From a virus: a stretch of DNA of 64,000 bases. Made by a program: the position numbers and the translations under genes. The DNA lies in IMG/VR virus record IMGVR_UViG_3300031162_001603, positions 253 through 64,252 of that record; one strand, given 5' to 3'. The notes beneath the pieces were generated by a model. That model was not told where the DNA came from. It saw only the letters and a list, made by a program, of their open reading frames with translations, and searched no databases. This document shows, one piece after another, positions 19,975 through 28,992 of this stretch (the first letter of the stretch is position 1; every line of letters starts with the position of its first letter).

Positions 19975-20247
19975 ATGACTACTTGGAAAATAAAAAACGT
20001 ATCAGGAGAACCAGTTAAGGTTTCTGTTGCACTTGGTGCAAATAATAACCCTGGAATTATATTGAATCCTGGAGATATGGTTTTATCAATTGATAGACTT
20101 ACTGCTCCGTTAGATGCACAGGAAAGAAGAAAAAAAATAGAGGTTGATAGAGATTTTGATAATACAGAACTAAACTTACCTCTCGGTAAAACAATGAAAG
20201 ATATTGATTCAGCTATAGAGGATATGGAAAACTATTCTAGAGAATAA
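19975..20247 (+). CDS. Hypothetical protein
   Basis: 90-aa ORF followed by a terminator. Confidence 0.7.
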   Translation: MTTWKIKNVSGEPVKVSVALGANNNPGIILNPGDMVLSIDRLTAPLDAQERRKKIEVDRDFDNTELNLPLGKTMKDIDSAIEDMENYSRE

Positions 20248-20272
20248 TAAATACTAAAACAAACGTATTAAT

Positions 20273-20303
20273 AAAAAAGAGGGCATTAATTGTCCTCTTT
20301 TTT
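20273..20303 (+). terminator. Intrinsic terminator
   Basis: aaaaaagagggc-attaatt-gtcctctttttt. Confidence 0.8.
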
Positions 20304-20381
20304 GTTTTTGTGCTATTAAGTGTTGATTTTGTAAAAGACAAAGTTTATATTTTTAAAAATCTAATTAAGCTTTAAATAAGG

Positions 20382-21713
20382 ATGAGTAAGAAAAAAATAA
20401 AAGTTCTAATGATACCAAGCGATACACAAGGTGTCGGTCACTTCAGAACAATATGGCCAGCGTTGTCAATAGAAAAAAATTTTAATGATGAGGTTGAAGT
20501 TGAGATAAATCATCAACCAAATTTCGAGAATGTAGATTATTTTAAAGAATTTGATATAATACATTTTCATAGACACATTGGGCCTTATGAAGGTTCTGCA
20601 GAGTTGTTTCCTAAATTACAGGCAAATGGTTCTATATTGGTGATGGATATTGATGATTTCTGGGAGCCACCTACTACTCACCCTTTATATGAGGTTGTTA
20701 AGCAAGATAAGTTAGCTGAAAAAATAACTGGAAATCTTAAATTAGCTGACCACATAACTACAACTACTTCTGTTTTTGCAAAAGAAATTGAGAAGTTCAA
20801 CAAAAATGTTCATGTTATTCCAAATGCAATAAACATGGAACATAAGATGTGGACTGGAGACCTTAATGAAAATAAATCAGATAAGTGTAGAATATCTTGG
20901 ATTGGAGGCTCTTCTCACTTACATGACCTTGAACTTATGAGACCAGGGTTTCAAAAGCTTTGGGGAAATAATGATTTGAAAGATAAATTTCAAGTTGTTA
21001 TGTGCGGATTTGATACAAGAGGTACTATTACGGAAATAGCTAGAAATGGAGAAAGAAAAACAAGACCTATAAAACCTCATGAAACGGTTTGGTGTAAGTT
21101 TGAAGATATATTTACAAATGGACACAAAGATAAGGAGAATGATGAGGATTATTTTAAATGGTTAGACAAAATTCAGAAACCTAAGTCAAGCGACTATAAA
21201 TATGAGCAATATGATAAGAATTATATTAGAAGATGGACTCTTCCATTAACTAAATATGGAACACATTATGATTACACAGATGTATGTCTCGCCCCTCTTA
21301 TTGATACTTTTAAAGAGCAAATAAAACACCCTAAGCCAGATGGTAGTTTCAGAATTCAAGAAATAAACAGAAGACATGTTTTTAATGAAGTTAAATCTGA
21401 GCTTAAAATAATTGAAGCTGGAATGAAGAAAAAAGTTCTTATTGCCCAGGATTTTGGAATATATTCAGAATTACTTAAGGATGGCGAAACTGGATTACTT
21501 GTGAAGAATGATAAGAAAGATTGGTATAAGCATATGAAAAAGGTTATTGAAGATGTTGACTATAGAGATATGTTAGCAAGCAATCTTCATGATTTTGTGA
21601 AAGATAAATATGATATCAAAAATGTAACTGCAGATAGAGTTAGATTCTATAAAGATATTTTACAGGCTTCTAAAGAAAAAGGTAAAGAAAAAACCTTAGA
21701 AGAAGTTAAATAA
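20382..21713 (+). CDS. GT-B (GT4-like) glycosyltransferase
   Basis: GVGHFR, MDIDDFW, ITTTT, IPNAI, WIGGSSHLHDL, KSELKIIEAG, DGETGLLV. Confidence 0.8.
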   Translation: MSKKKIKVLMIPSDTQGVGHFRTIWPALSIEKNFNDEVEVEINHQPNFENVDYFKEFDIIHFHRHIGPYEGSAELFPKLQANGSILVMDIDDFWEPPTTHPLYEVVKQDKLAEKITGNLKLADHITTTTSVFAKEIEKFNKNVHVIPNAINMEHKMWTGDLNENKSDKCRISWIGGSSHLHDLELMRPGFQKLWGNNDLKDKFQVVMCGFDTRGTITEIARNGERKTRPIKPHETVWCKFEDIFTNGHKDKENDEDYFKWLDKIQKPKSSDYKYEQYDKNYIRRWTLPLTKYGTHYDYTDVCLAPLIDTFKEQIKHPKPDGSFRIQEINRRHVFNEVKSELKIIEAGMKKKVLIAQDFGIYSELLKDGETGLLVKNDKKDWYKHMKKVIEDVDYRDMLASNLHDFVKDKYDIKNVTADRVRFYKDILQASKEKGKEKTLEEVK

Positions 21714-21753
21714 AACAAAAAAAAGAGAGCTAAAACGAGCTCTCTTTTTTGTT
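21714..21753 (+). terminator. Intrinsic terminator
   Basis: agagagct-aaaacg-agctctct followed by a T-run. Confidence 0.8.
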
Positions 21754-22099
21754 CTATATAGAATATATTAAAGCCGAATGGATACTTGAAATGTATTTAT
21801 GCTATTTATTGGTAGGATTCGATATAAGGCATTTTATTTCATAATAAAGCACATTAACCTATGTTTAATTATTTGCACCATCTATAGCTACCTTAAAGCT
21901 GTTAGGTTTAGTTATATTAGGTATTAGTTCAATTTACAGGGTTTATATACCAATATTTAAATATTTTGACATAATTATTTTGGTTTTTAAATTAGAGATA
22001 ATTACTATTGAAGTGGGAAAATGTATATAAAAATAACTTATTCAAAAATAATCTTGATAAATATTCTTTTTTAATGTATTTATTAATAAACGAATTCGT

Positions 22100-22921
22100 A
22101 TGAAAGATATTAGTTATAATTTTGGTGCAATAAGAGATAGTGTTGCAAAATTGTCTTCAATTGAGTTAATGAAAGAAAACAAAAGCTTAACACTAGATAG
22201 CTTTGTTGAAAGTGTTAACTCTAGTCCAAATTTAAAAAAACAACAATTAATTTTTAAAAACATCCAGGAATGTAAACCATTTTCAAAAGAAAGGCTTGCA
22301 GAAAGATTTATCAATCAAAACCTTAGTATGTTCAGTAATTCTAATTGGCAAGATATGTTAAGAGAAAATATGTCTATTAGAAAGGCTCTCTTAGGAAATC
22401 CAGACATTAGTCATGTTCAAGCTAAATCAGATGGAAGGATATTTGAAGCTATAAATACTCTTATAGAATCTGTTACGAATAAAGCATTTTCTAATTTTGA
22501 AGGTGAAGCAGAAGCTTATGAGATGATTGTATCTCACCTTACTAGAGAAGTTGTGAAAGAGAGCACTTCTACTGAAGTAGATGATGCTCCCTCAATAAAC
22601 AATGCTTGGAAGTATATTACAAAATCAGCTGTTAACAACTTCAATGAAAGATACGAGCACTTAAATGAATCTGAAAAAGAAGTTCTTACAGTTTTATTAT
22701 CTGGAGAGAATGGTAAAATTGAATACTTTGAAGATATTAGAAACGAAAACATTAAAATAATTAACTCTCTACTTGAAGGTGATGTTGATAAGTTGAATCA
22801 TGATATTTTAATAGATTTTAAAAGTAAAATTGAAGGTATGAAATCTATTCCTTTAAATGAAATGGATGATTGTATTCTTGAATGTATTGACCTTAAGCAA
22901 ACACTTGAAGATTTAAAATAA
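22100..22921 (+). CDS. Hypothetical protein (head module)
   Basis: 273-aa ORF with late motif at 22077. Confidence 0.7.
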   Translation: MKDISYNFGAIRDSVAKLSSIELMKENKSLTLDSFVESVNSSPNLKKQQLIFKNIQECKPFSKERLAERFINQNLSMFSNSNWQDMLRENMSIRKALLGNPDISHVQAKSDGRIFEAINTLIESVTNKAFSNFEGEAEAYEMIVSHLTREVVKESTSTEVDDAPSINNAWKYITKSAVNNFNERYEHLNESEKEVLTVLLSGENGKIEYFEDIRNENIKIINSLLEGDVDKLNHDILIDFKSKIEGMKSIPLNEMDDCILECIDLKQTLEDLK

Positions 22922-23035
22922 GTCATATAGCTATTATTTAAATAGTATGCAAGAAAAAGTGGGATTATTTCCCGCTTTTTTTGTTTTGGAACTTTTCTTT
23001 GCTTATATTTATTTAGTTAAAACAACGAAGATAAG

Positions 23036-23548
23036 ATGGAAGTGAAGACAAAAAGAACTGCAAGAGAAATTAAAGTAAATGAAGATTTACTTAACAATAA
23101 AGATATTACTGTAAAAATAGGGACTGTTGAGAATAGAGATGCTCCAGAGACAATTTATATTTTTATAAGTTTCTGGGCAAAACCAGTTGGAGAATTAGAA
23201 AACGAATCACAAGATTGTTTAAAAGAAATATTAAATATTAACTTAAGTAATTTATATAGAAAGGATTTAAAAAATATTTTAAATAACAATAGGTATTTTA
23301 CAAACGAAGAAAACAATATCTATTTAAAGAATATACCAGAGAATATAAACTACAATAATAAGCGAAATTTTATATCTTTGGAGCTATATCTTCATACTTC
23401 AAATATCAACGAAGAAGCTAAAATACCTTTAAGTAATAAGAAGAATACCCAGATTTTCGATGAGGCTATTAAAATAGCAAACATAATAGGAGACTCTAAA
23501 ATACTATCCGATAAAACTCAATTTAATATTTTTAACAAATCAATGTAA
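23036..23548 (+). CDS. Hypothetical protein
   Basis: 170-aa ORF flanked by terminators. Confidence 0.7.
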   Translation: MEVKTKRTAREIKVNEDLLNNKDITVKIGTVENRDAPETIYIFISFWAKPVGELENESQDCLKEILNINLSNLYRKDLKNILNNNRYFTNEENNIYLKNIPENINYNNKRNFISLELYLHTSNINEEAKIPLSNKKNTQIFDEAIKIANIIGDSKILSDKTQFNIFNKSM

Positions 23549-23630
23549 TAATTTTTTTTTACACTTTTTTAGGCCTCCTTTTTAAGGGGGCTTTTTTTTT
23601 GCTATTTATTAGAAACAAATACTTTTAAAA

Positions 23631-24869
23631 ATGTCAGAAGAAGAATTAAGAAATCTAATTAGTGAAAGCTTAAAAGAGGGAGCACTAGATGAATCATTTA
23701 ATATAGATAAAGAAGTTAGTCACATATATGATTACGCTTATGTTGATTTTAATGGTGAAGAACTTGAGGTTGATTTAGAGGCTGCTATATCTTGGGATGA
23801 AGGTCATCCAATAGTTGATGAGGTAAAAGCTATTAACTTAGAAAATTTTTCAGAAGAACAAAAAAACGCTATAAATAACTATATTAATTCAGATGAATTT
23901 AATAATGAAAAAGAAAGGATTAGTGAGGTTGCAAGCGAGGTTGCAAGAGAAGCTTATCTTGAATATTTAGATGATAAAGCAGGGATACGTGAAGGTTTTT
24001 CTGAAGAAGACCAAGAAATTAATACAGATGAATTTGAAGATTCAATTGGAAGTGGTTTAGATGATTACGAAGGTGATATGAATCTTGATTTAGAGACAAT
24101 GCCTATGTCTGCTGTAGATATGCCAATTCAAGATAAAGCTTATCTAAAGTTAGGGGGAGAAGAGTCTTATGATGATGAATTTTCTGATGTTGATGGGTAC
24201 ACAAACAATGGTGATAATTACGAGGGTGATTACCAAGATGATAATTCTGTTTCTCCTGGATATTTCAATGAAAGCGATGATGAGAATTATATAGACGACA
24301 TTGGAATGGCTAAAAATCAAGCGCTAGGTGATTATAATCCTATAGAAGATGCTCTTCACTATGTTGGAGGGATAGAAGTATGGGATAGCTTATCTAGGTT
24401 AGACAAAGATGCTATATTAGCTGATTTGGAAAGAGATTTCGAATCTTCTTTACATGAAAATAATAAGACCGTTAAAGTAACTGTTGACGAACTACAGAAA
24501 ATAATCAAAGAGGGTGTTGCTAAATTACATAAGCAATCTCTTATTGAAAATAGAATTGAACAGATTAACAATGAATTAAATAATCTTAGTAACCCACAAG
24601 CTTGGCAAGATGCTCGTGAAGATGCTCTTTCTCAAAGAGCGAAACAAAATTTAAATTGGGAACATGTAACTACAAGAGAAAAACTACAAGAAGTAAGTTT
24701 TAAAGATGTAGCTTCAATGATTCCAGTGAGTACGCCAAAAGATACAGCAACTATAGAGGCAAATACACAATGGGAAAAAGTTCAGAAAGAAAGTGTTTCA
24801 GATATAATGGGACGTGCTTCAGATTTAATGGCGGAAGCTAAGGAAAAATACAATAAAATTTCAAAATAA
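23631..24869 (+). CDS. Very acidic hypothetical protein, putative head-core protein
   Basis: ELRNLISESLKE and ELQKIIKEGV...RIEQINNEL motifs; directly upstream of the protease. Confidence 0.65.
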   Translation: MSEEELRNLISESLKEGALDESFNIDKEVSHIYDYAYVDFNGEELEVDLEAAISWDEGHPIVDEVKAINLENFSEEQKNAINNYINSDEFNNEKERISEVASEVAREAYLEYLDDKAGIREGFSEEDQEINTDEFEDSIGSGLDDYEGDMNLDLETMPMSAVDMPIQDKAYLKLGGEESYDDEFSDVDGYTNNGDNYEGDYQDDNSVSPGYFNESDDENYIDDIGMAKNQALGDYNPIEDALHYVGGIEVWDSLSRLDKDAILADLERDFESSLHENNKTVKVTVDELQKIIKEGVAKLHKQSLIENRIEQINNELNNLSNPQAWQDAREDALSQRAKQNLNWEHVTTREKLQEVSFKDVASMIPVSTPKDTATIEANTQWEKVQKESVSDIMGRASDLMAEAKEKYNKISK

Positions 24870-24962
24870 CAATTTTTAATTTAAAAACCCTTCTTATGGG
24901 TTTTTTTGTTAATACACATAGATTTTGAAAAAAAAATAATATTTATAATAAAGAAACACACT

Positions 24963-25631
24963 ATGATAGCTAATAATGATAAATACATAATTTCAGAATT
25001 CTATGAGTTTAAGGTTGATAAAGACTTAATCACAGAATCAGAAAAAGCAGGGAAACATCTTGTTATGACTGGTATATTACAAAAGGCTGACCAACTTAAT
25101 AGAAACGGGAGAGTGTATCCTTATGACATCCTTAAGAGAGAAGCAGATAAGTACATGGAACTTGTTGAGAATAACACTGCTGGTGGAGAACTTGACCATC
25201 CAGACTCTGCTGTTGTATCTCTTGCAAATGTTTCACATAGAGTAACTGAAATGTGGTGGCAAGGAAAAGACCTTTATGGAAAGGTTTTAATTGCAGAAGA
25301 TACTCCAGCTGGAAAAATCCTTAAAGGATTACTTAAGGCGGGATTCATGTTAGGTATTTCTTCAAGAGGTGTTGGTTCTGTAAAAAATAGTAATGACCAA
25401 GATGTGGTTCAAGAAGACTTTGAATTGATAGCTTTTGATTTTGTTTCTTCTCCATCTACACCAGGAGCATACTTATTTAAAGAAGGAAAAGGACATAAAA
25501 TGTTAGGAGCTGGAATGGTTCCATTATCAAAAGCATCTGGGGTTCTTACCACAGAAAACGTACAAGAAAAACTTTCTAAATTTCAAAAAATTCACGTTTT
25601 ATCAAACAGTGATTTTTGGAAAAATAAATAA
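24963..25631 (+). CDS. Prohead core protease (T4 gp21-like)
   Basis: GILQKADQLNRNGRVYP, GELDHP, GISSRGVGS, DFVSSPSTPGAY; start moved to ATG 24963 behind TATTTAT at 24940. Confidence 0.95.
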   Translation: MIANNDKYIISEFYEFKVDKDLITESEKAGKHLVMTGILQKADQLNRNGRVYPYDILKREADKYMELVENNTAGGELDHPDSAVVSLANVSHRVTEMWWQGKDLYGKVLIAEDTPAGKILKGLLKAGFMLGISSRGVGSVKNSNDQDVVQEDFELIAFDFVSSPSTPGAYLFKEGKGHKMLGAGMVPLSKASGVLTTENVQEKLSKFQKIHVLSNSDFWKNK

Positions 25632-25707
25632 AAAAAATACATAGAATTAGTTTTTAGAAAATTTAGTAATATTTATTAAAAAATCAACAGCAATTAAACA
25701 ATTAGTT

Positions 25708-27072
25708 ATGAGTGATAATAAGATTAACAAATCATCATTAAAAGAAGCGAAAGCAAATTTTGAAGAAATTCAAAACTTCGCTATCGAGCAAGCTACAAAA
25801 AACTTACAAGAAGACGTTAGCAAAAAAGTTATCGATATCATGAATAAGTCACTTGAAGAAGAAGCAATTAATGAAGATGTTACTATTAATATTGATAGTG
25901 AAGGTAATGTTGAGGTTAGTACTGAAGGAGATGTTGAAGGTGGTAAGGAAGATATGAATGTTCCTGTTGACTTAGAAGATATGGATTCAGAAATTATAGT
26001 TTCTGATGAAGATGACGAAATAGAAATTGATAACTCAGAAATAGAAGAAATGGGAAATATAGAAGAAATGAAGTTTGAAGAGCAAGAAGCAATGACTGCA
26101 GCTGCTCCAGAAGCTGCACCTGCACCTGCACCTGCAGCTGCTCCAGAAGCTGCTCCAGAGGAAGTGGCTGCTGAGGAAATGCCAATGGATGATTTACCTG
26201 CTGAAGAAGCGGCTGAAGTTAATCCATTAATACAACCTCTGATGGATAAGATGGAACAGCTTATGAGTATGATGGGTGGAGATGCCGCTGTCGCTGTTGA
26301 TGGTGAGGAAATTGACATCATTGATGATACTGAGGCTATGCCATCAGAACCTACTATAGCGCCTGAACCAGCTCCAGAAGCTGCGCCAGTTTCTGAAGAG
26401 ATTACGTTTGAGGTTGTTAACAACGAAATGGATATTCCAGAAATGGAAGATGATATTCTTGAAATAGTTGGTGATGAACTTGATTTTGGTGATGAAATAG
26501 ATTTCACTAATGACCCTATTGACGAGCCTATCGAAGAAATGCAAGGTGGTGGTCATAACTTAAGACATGACAATACAAATGCTAAAACTCCTAGACAAGG
26601 TGTTAATCACAGAAAAGGATTAAAAGAAAATAAAGAAAATAAAGCTCAATATGAGGCTAAAATAGCTGAGCTCATTAAGGAAAACGAAAGTTTACAATCG
26701 GAAAGAAATGGATTAGAATCAGAACTTATTAAGTTCGAAAACGGATTCATTAAACTCCAAGAAAATTTTGGTGAAATGCAAGATTACAACGCTAAGTTGG
26801 TTATGGCCTACAAAGTTGCGATGTCAGGTGGTCTTACAACAGATGAAAAAGTTCAGATTTCTGAGCAGTTCGACAAGTGCGATACTGTTAAAGATGCTGA
26901 AAAACTTTACAAGTCTATTGTAAATGAACACAAAATCAAGGTTAATAAAAACCCTGAAAAAAGCATCAAGGCGACTTCTATAAAGTCAACACCTGCTAAG
27001 AGTATTTCTCAACCACTATACGAGAGTAGAGAGGTTTCGAGAATGAAACAACTTGCTGGAATCAGAAAGTAA
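25708..27072 (+). CDS. Prohead scaffolding protein (T4 gp22-like)
   Basis: Acidic coiled coil between protease and capsid; NAKLVMAYK..LTTDEKVQISEQFDK, C-terminal RMKQLAGI. Confidence 0.8.
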   Translation: MSDNKINKSSLKEAKANFEEIQNFAIEQATKNLQEDVSKKVIDIMNKSLEEEAINEDVTINIDSEGNVEVSTEGDVEGGKEDMNVPVDLEDMDSEIIVSDEDDEIEIDNSEIEEMGNIEEMKFEEQEAMTAAAPEAAPAPAPAAAPEAAPEEVAAEEMPMDDLPAEEAAEVNPLIQPLMDKMEQLMSMMGGDAAVAVDGEEIDIIDDTEAMPSEPTIAPEPAPEAAPVSEEITFEVVNNEMDIPEMEDDILEIVGDELDFGDEIDFTNDPIDEPIEEMQGGGHNLRHDNTNAKTPRQGVNHRKGLKENKENKAQYEAKIAELIKENESLQSERNGLESELIKFENGFIKLQENFGEMQDYNAKLVMAYKVAMSGGLTTDEKVQISEQFDKCDTVKDAEKLYKSIVNEHKIKVNKNPEKSIKATSIKSTPAKSISQPLYESREVSRMKQLAGIRK

Positions 27073-27139
27073 AATTAAATTAAAGATATGTTTTTCGCAA
27101 GAAAAAGTGAATAAAAATTAAAAACACTTTTTTTGAACA

Positions 27140-27146
27140 TATTTAT
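27140..27146 (+). promoter_or_regulatory. Putative phage late promoter element TATTTAT (representative copy before the capsid gene)
   Basis: Same heptamer lies 5-45 nt upstream of about 20 virion-gene starts (see findings). Confidence 0.7.
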
Positions 27147-27172
27147 TGTTAAACAAATTAAAACTTAAAAAA

Positions 27173-28858
27173 ATGAGCGAATTATTGAACAGTGGTAAAG
27201 TTGGACTTACAGTCTTTAAAAACTTAGCTGAACAAAGAAAAGCGATTGTTGACAGTTGGTCAGACTCTGGACTTCTTGATGAAGGATATGACATGAACGG
27301 TACACCAATCAGAATGAAAGGAATTAAAGCTACAAACGTAGCACAACTTTTGGAAAATCAAGCTGCGGCAATGTTGAACGAGGTAACTCTTGATTCTTCT
27401 GCAGGAAGATTTGATACAGTTGCATTTCCAATCGTAAGAAGAGTATTCTCAAGATTACTTGCAAACGAAATAGTATCTGTACAACCATTAGCGTTGCCAT
27501 CAGGTCTTTTATTTTACATGGATGCTAGAGTTTCTTATAACGGACAAGATACGTCTTTTAACGCTAACCCTCCAGGAATAGTTGACGGAACAGGTACTAG
27601 AGATATTACTGCTCCACAAAACACTGCAAACGGACAACCTGGTCCTAACTTTGCATCAACAACTGCTTACGAGCGTTTCTATAACAACCAAGGTTTTGAT
27701 ATGTCTTTCGGGACAGGTGAAACTGTACAAGGAACTGCTAACGGAGCAATACACACTGCATTTGTAGGTGGTCTTAATAACTTATCATTCGACCTTAACG
27801 TAGGTGGTAACGGACAATTCGATGTGTCTAAGCAACAATCTTCTGCTACAGTAAGATTCGCAGCTTTAACTGACATCTATTACTCTGGTGCTTCAGGAAA
27901 CGTATTAGTAGTTGCTTCTGGTAGCTCTATTCCTTTCTTCTCGTCTGTACAGACTTGGGCGCAAGACCAATTCGAAGGTGGTATTTCAAGAGTAGTTCTT
28001 GACCTTAGACCTTCAGGTGTATATGGTGCAGATTTTGACCCAGCTAACCTTAATAGTGGTACAACTTCAGCTACATTTGCTGTAAACGCATTACCAACAT
28101 TTGAAATCTTCAATGATTTAGAGGCTAAGTCTGAAATGGCTGAACTTACTATCAGATTCTCTTCTGTAACAGTTAACACTGTAACAAGAAAATTAAGAGC
28201 TCACTGGACTCCAGAATTAGCTCAAGATTTAGAAGCGTATCACTCTATTGATGCTGAGGCTGAATTAACAGCTTTATTATCAGAGCACGTAGCTGCAGAG
28301 ATTGATAGAGAAATCATCATCGACCTTATTAACGGAGCACCGTTCAGAGCAAGATGGGATTATAACGGACTTTCTTCTAACGCTAACTTCTTCGGAACGC
28401 AGAAAGATTGGAATCAAACGTTGATTACAAGAATTAACGAGCTTTCAGCTCAAATTCATAAAGCAACACTTAGAGGTGGAGCGAACTGGATTGTATGTTC
28501 TGCTGAGGCAGGAGCAATCTTTGATGACTTAGAATACTTCCACGTTGACGGTAGCGCAGCTCCAGAAAGCGAAAAGTATAACTTAGGAGTTGAAAAAATT
28601 GGTAACTTAGGTTCTAGATACGTAGTATACAAAGACCCTTATTTACCAGCGAACATTGTTCTTCTTGGACATAAAGGTAACACTTTCTTAGAAGCAGGAT
28701 ATATCTACGCACCGTACATTCCTCTTCAGTTGACACAAACTATCACTGACCCTAACGATTTCACGCCAAGAAAAGGTATTATGACACGTTATGCTAAGAA
28801 AATGGTTAACAACAGATTCTACGGAGTTGTATACATTGATAACATTAACACTTACTAA
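27173..28858 (+). CDS. Major capsid protein (T4 gp23-like)
   Basis: AFPIVRRVF, VSVQPL..PSGLLFY, TRKLRAHWTPELAQDLEAYHSIDAEAEL, YAPYIPLQ, PRKGIMTRY; start moved to ATG 27173. Confidence 0.97.
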   Translation: MSELLNSGKVGLTVFKNLAEQRKAIVDSWSDSGLLDEGYDMNGTPIRMKGIKATNVAQLLENQAAAMLNEVTLDSSAGRFDTVAFPIVRRVFSRLLANEIVSVQPLALPSGLLFYMDARVSYNGQDTSFNANPPGIVDGTGTRDITAPQNTANGQPGPNFASTTAYERFYNNQGFDMSFGTGETVQGTANGAIHTAFVGGLNNLSFDLNVGGNGQFDVSKQQSSATVRFAALTDIYYSGASGNVLVVASGSSIPFFSSVQTWAQDQFEGGISRVVLDLRPSGVYGADFDPANLNSGTTSATFAVNALPTFEIFNDLEAKSEMAELTIRFSSVTVNTVTRKLRAHWTPELAQDLEAYHSIDAEAELTALLSEHVAAEIDREIIIDLINGAPFRARWDYNGLSSNANFFGTQKDWNQTLITRINELSAQIHKATLRGGANWIVCSAEAGAIFDDLEYFHVDGSAAPESEKYNLGVEKIGNLGSRYVVYKDPYLPANIVLLGHKGNTFLEAGYIYAPYIPLQLTQTITDPNDFTPRKGIMTRYAKKMVNNRFYGVVYIDNINTY

Positions 28859-28895
28859 ACCGAAAGGAATAGAAAGAGTTTATCATAAACTTAAG

Positions 28896-28925
28896 AAAGG
28901 AGATTCGAAAGAATCTCCTTTTTTT
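28896..28925 (+). terminator. Intrinsic terminator with GAAA tetraloop
   Basis: aaaggagattc-gaaa-gaatctccttt after the capsid gene. Confidence 0.85.
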
Positions 28926-28954
28926 GTTACTATAAGATTTTATACCTACATTTG
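28923..28954 (+). promoter_or_regulatory. Bacteroidota sigma70-type promoter
   Basis: TTTG (28923-26), 20-nt spacer, TACATTTG (28947-54). Confidence 0.65.
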
Positions 28955-28992
28955 CAGGAATGAAGTCGGCTTTTAATAAAAATTAATAAATT

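Noticed and set aside
25770-26507. 245-aa Ser/Ile-rich antisense ORF
   Set aside because: Shadow of the acidic scaffold gene; no independent start signals
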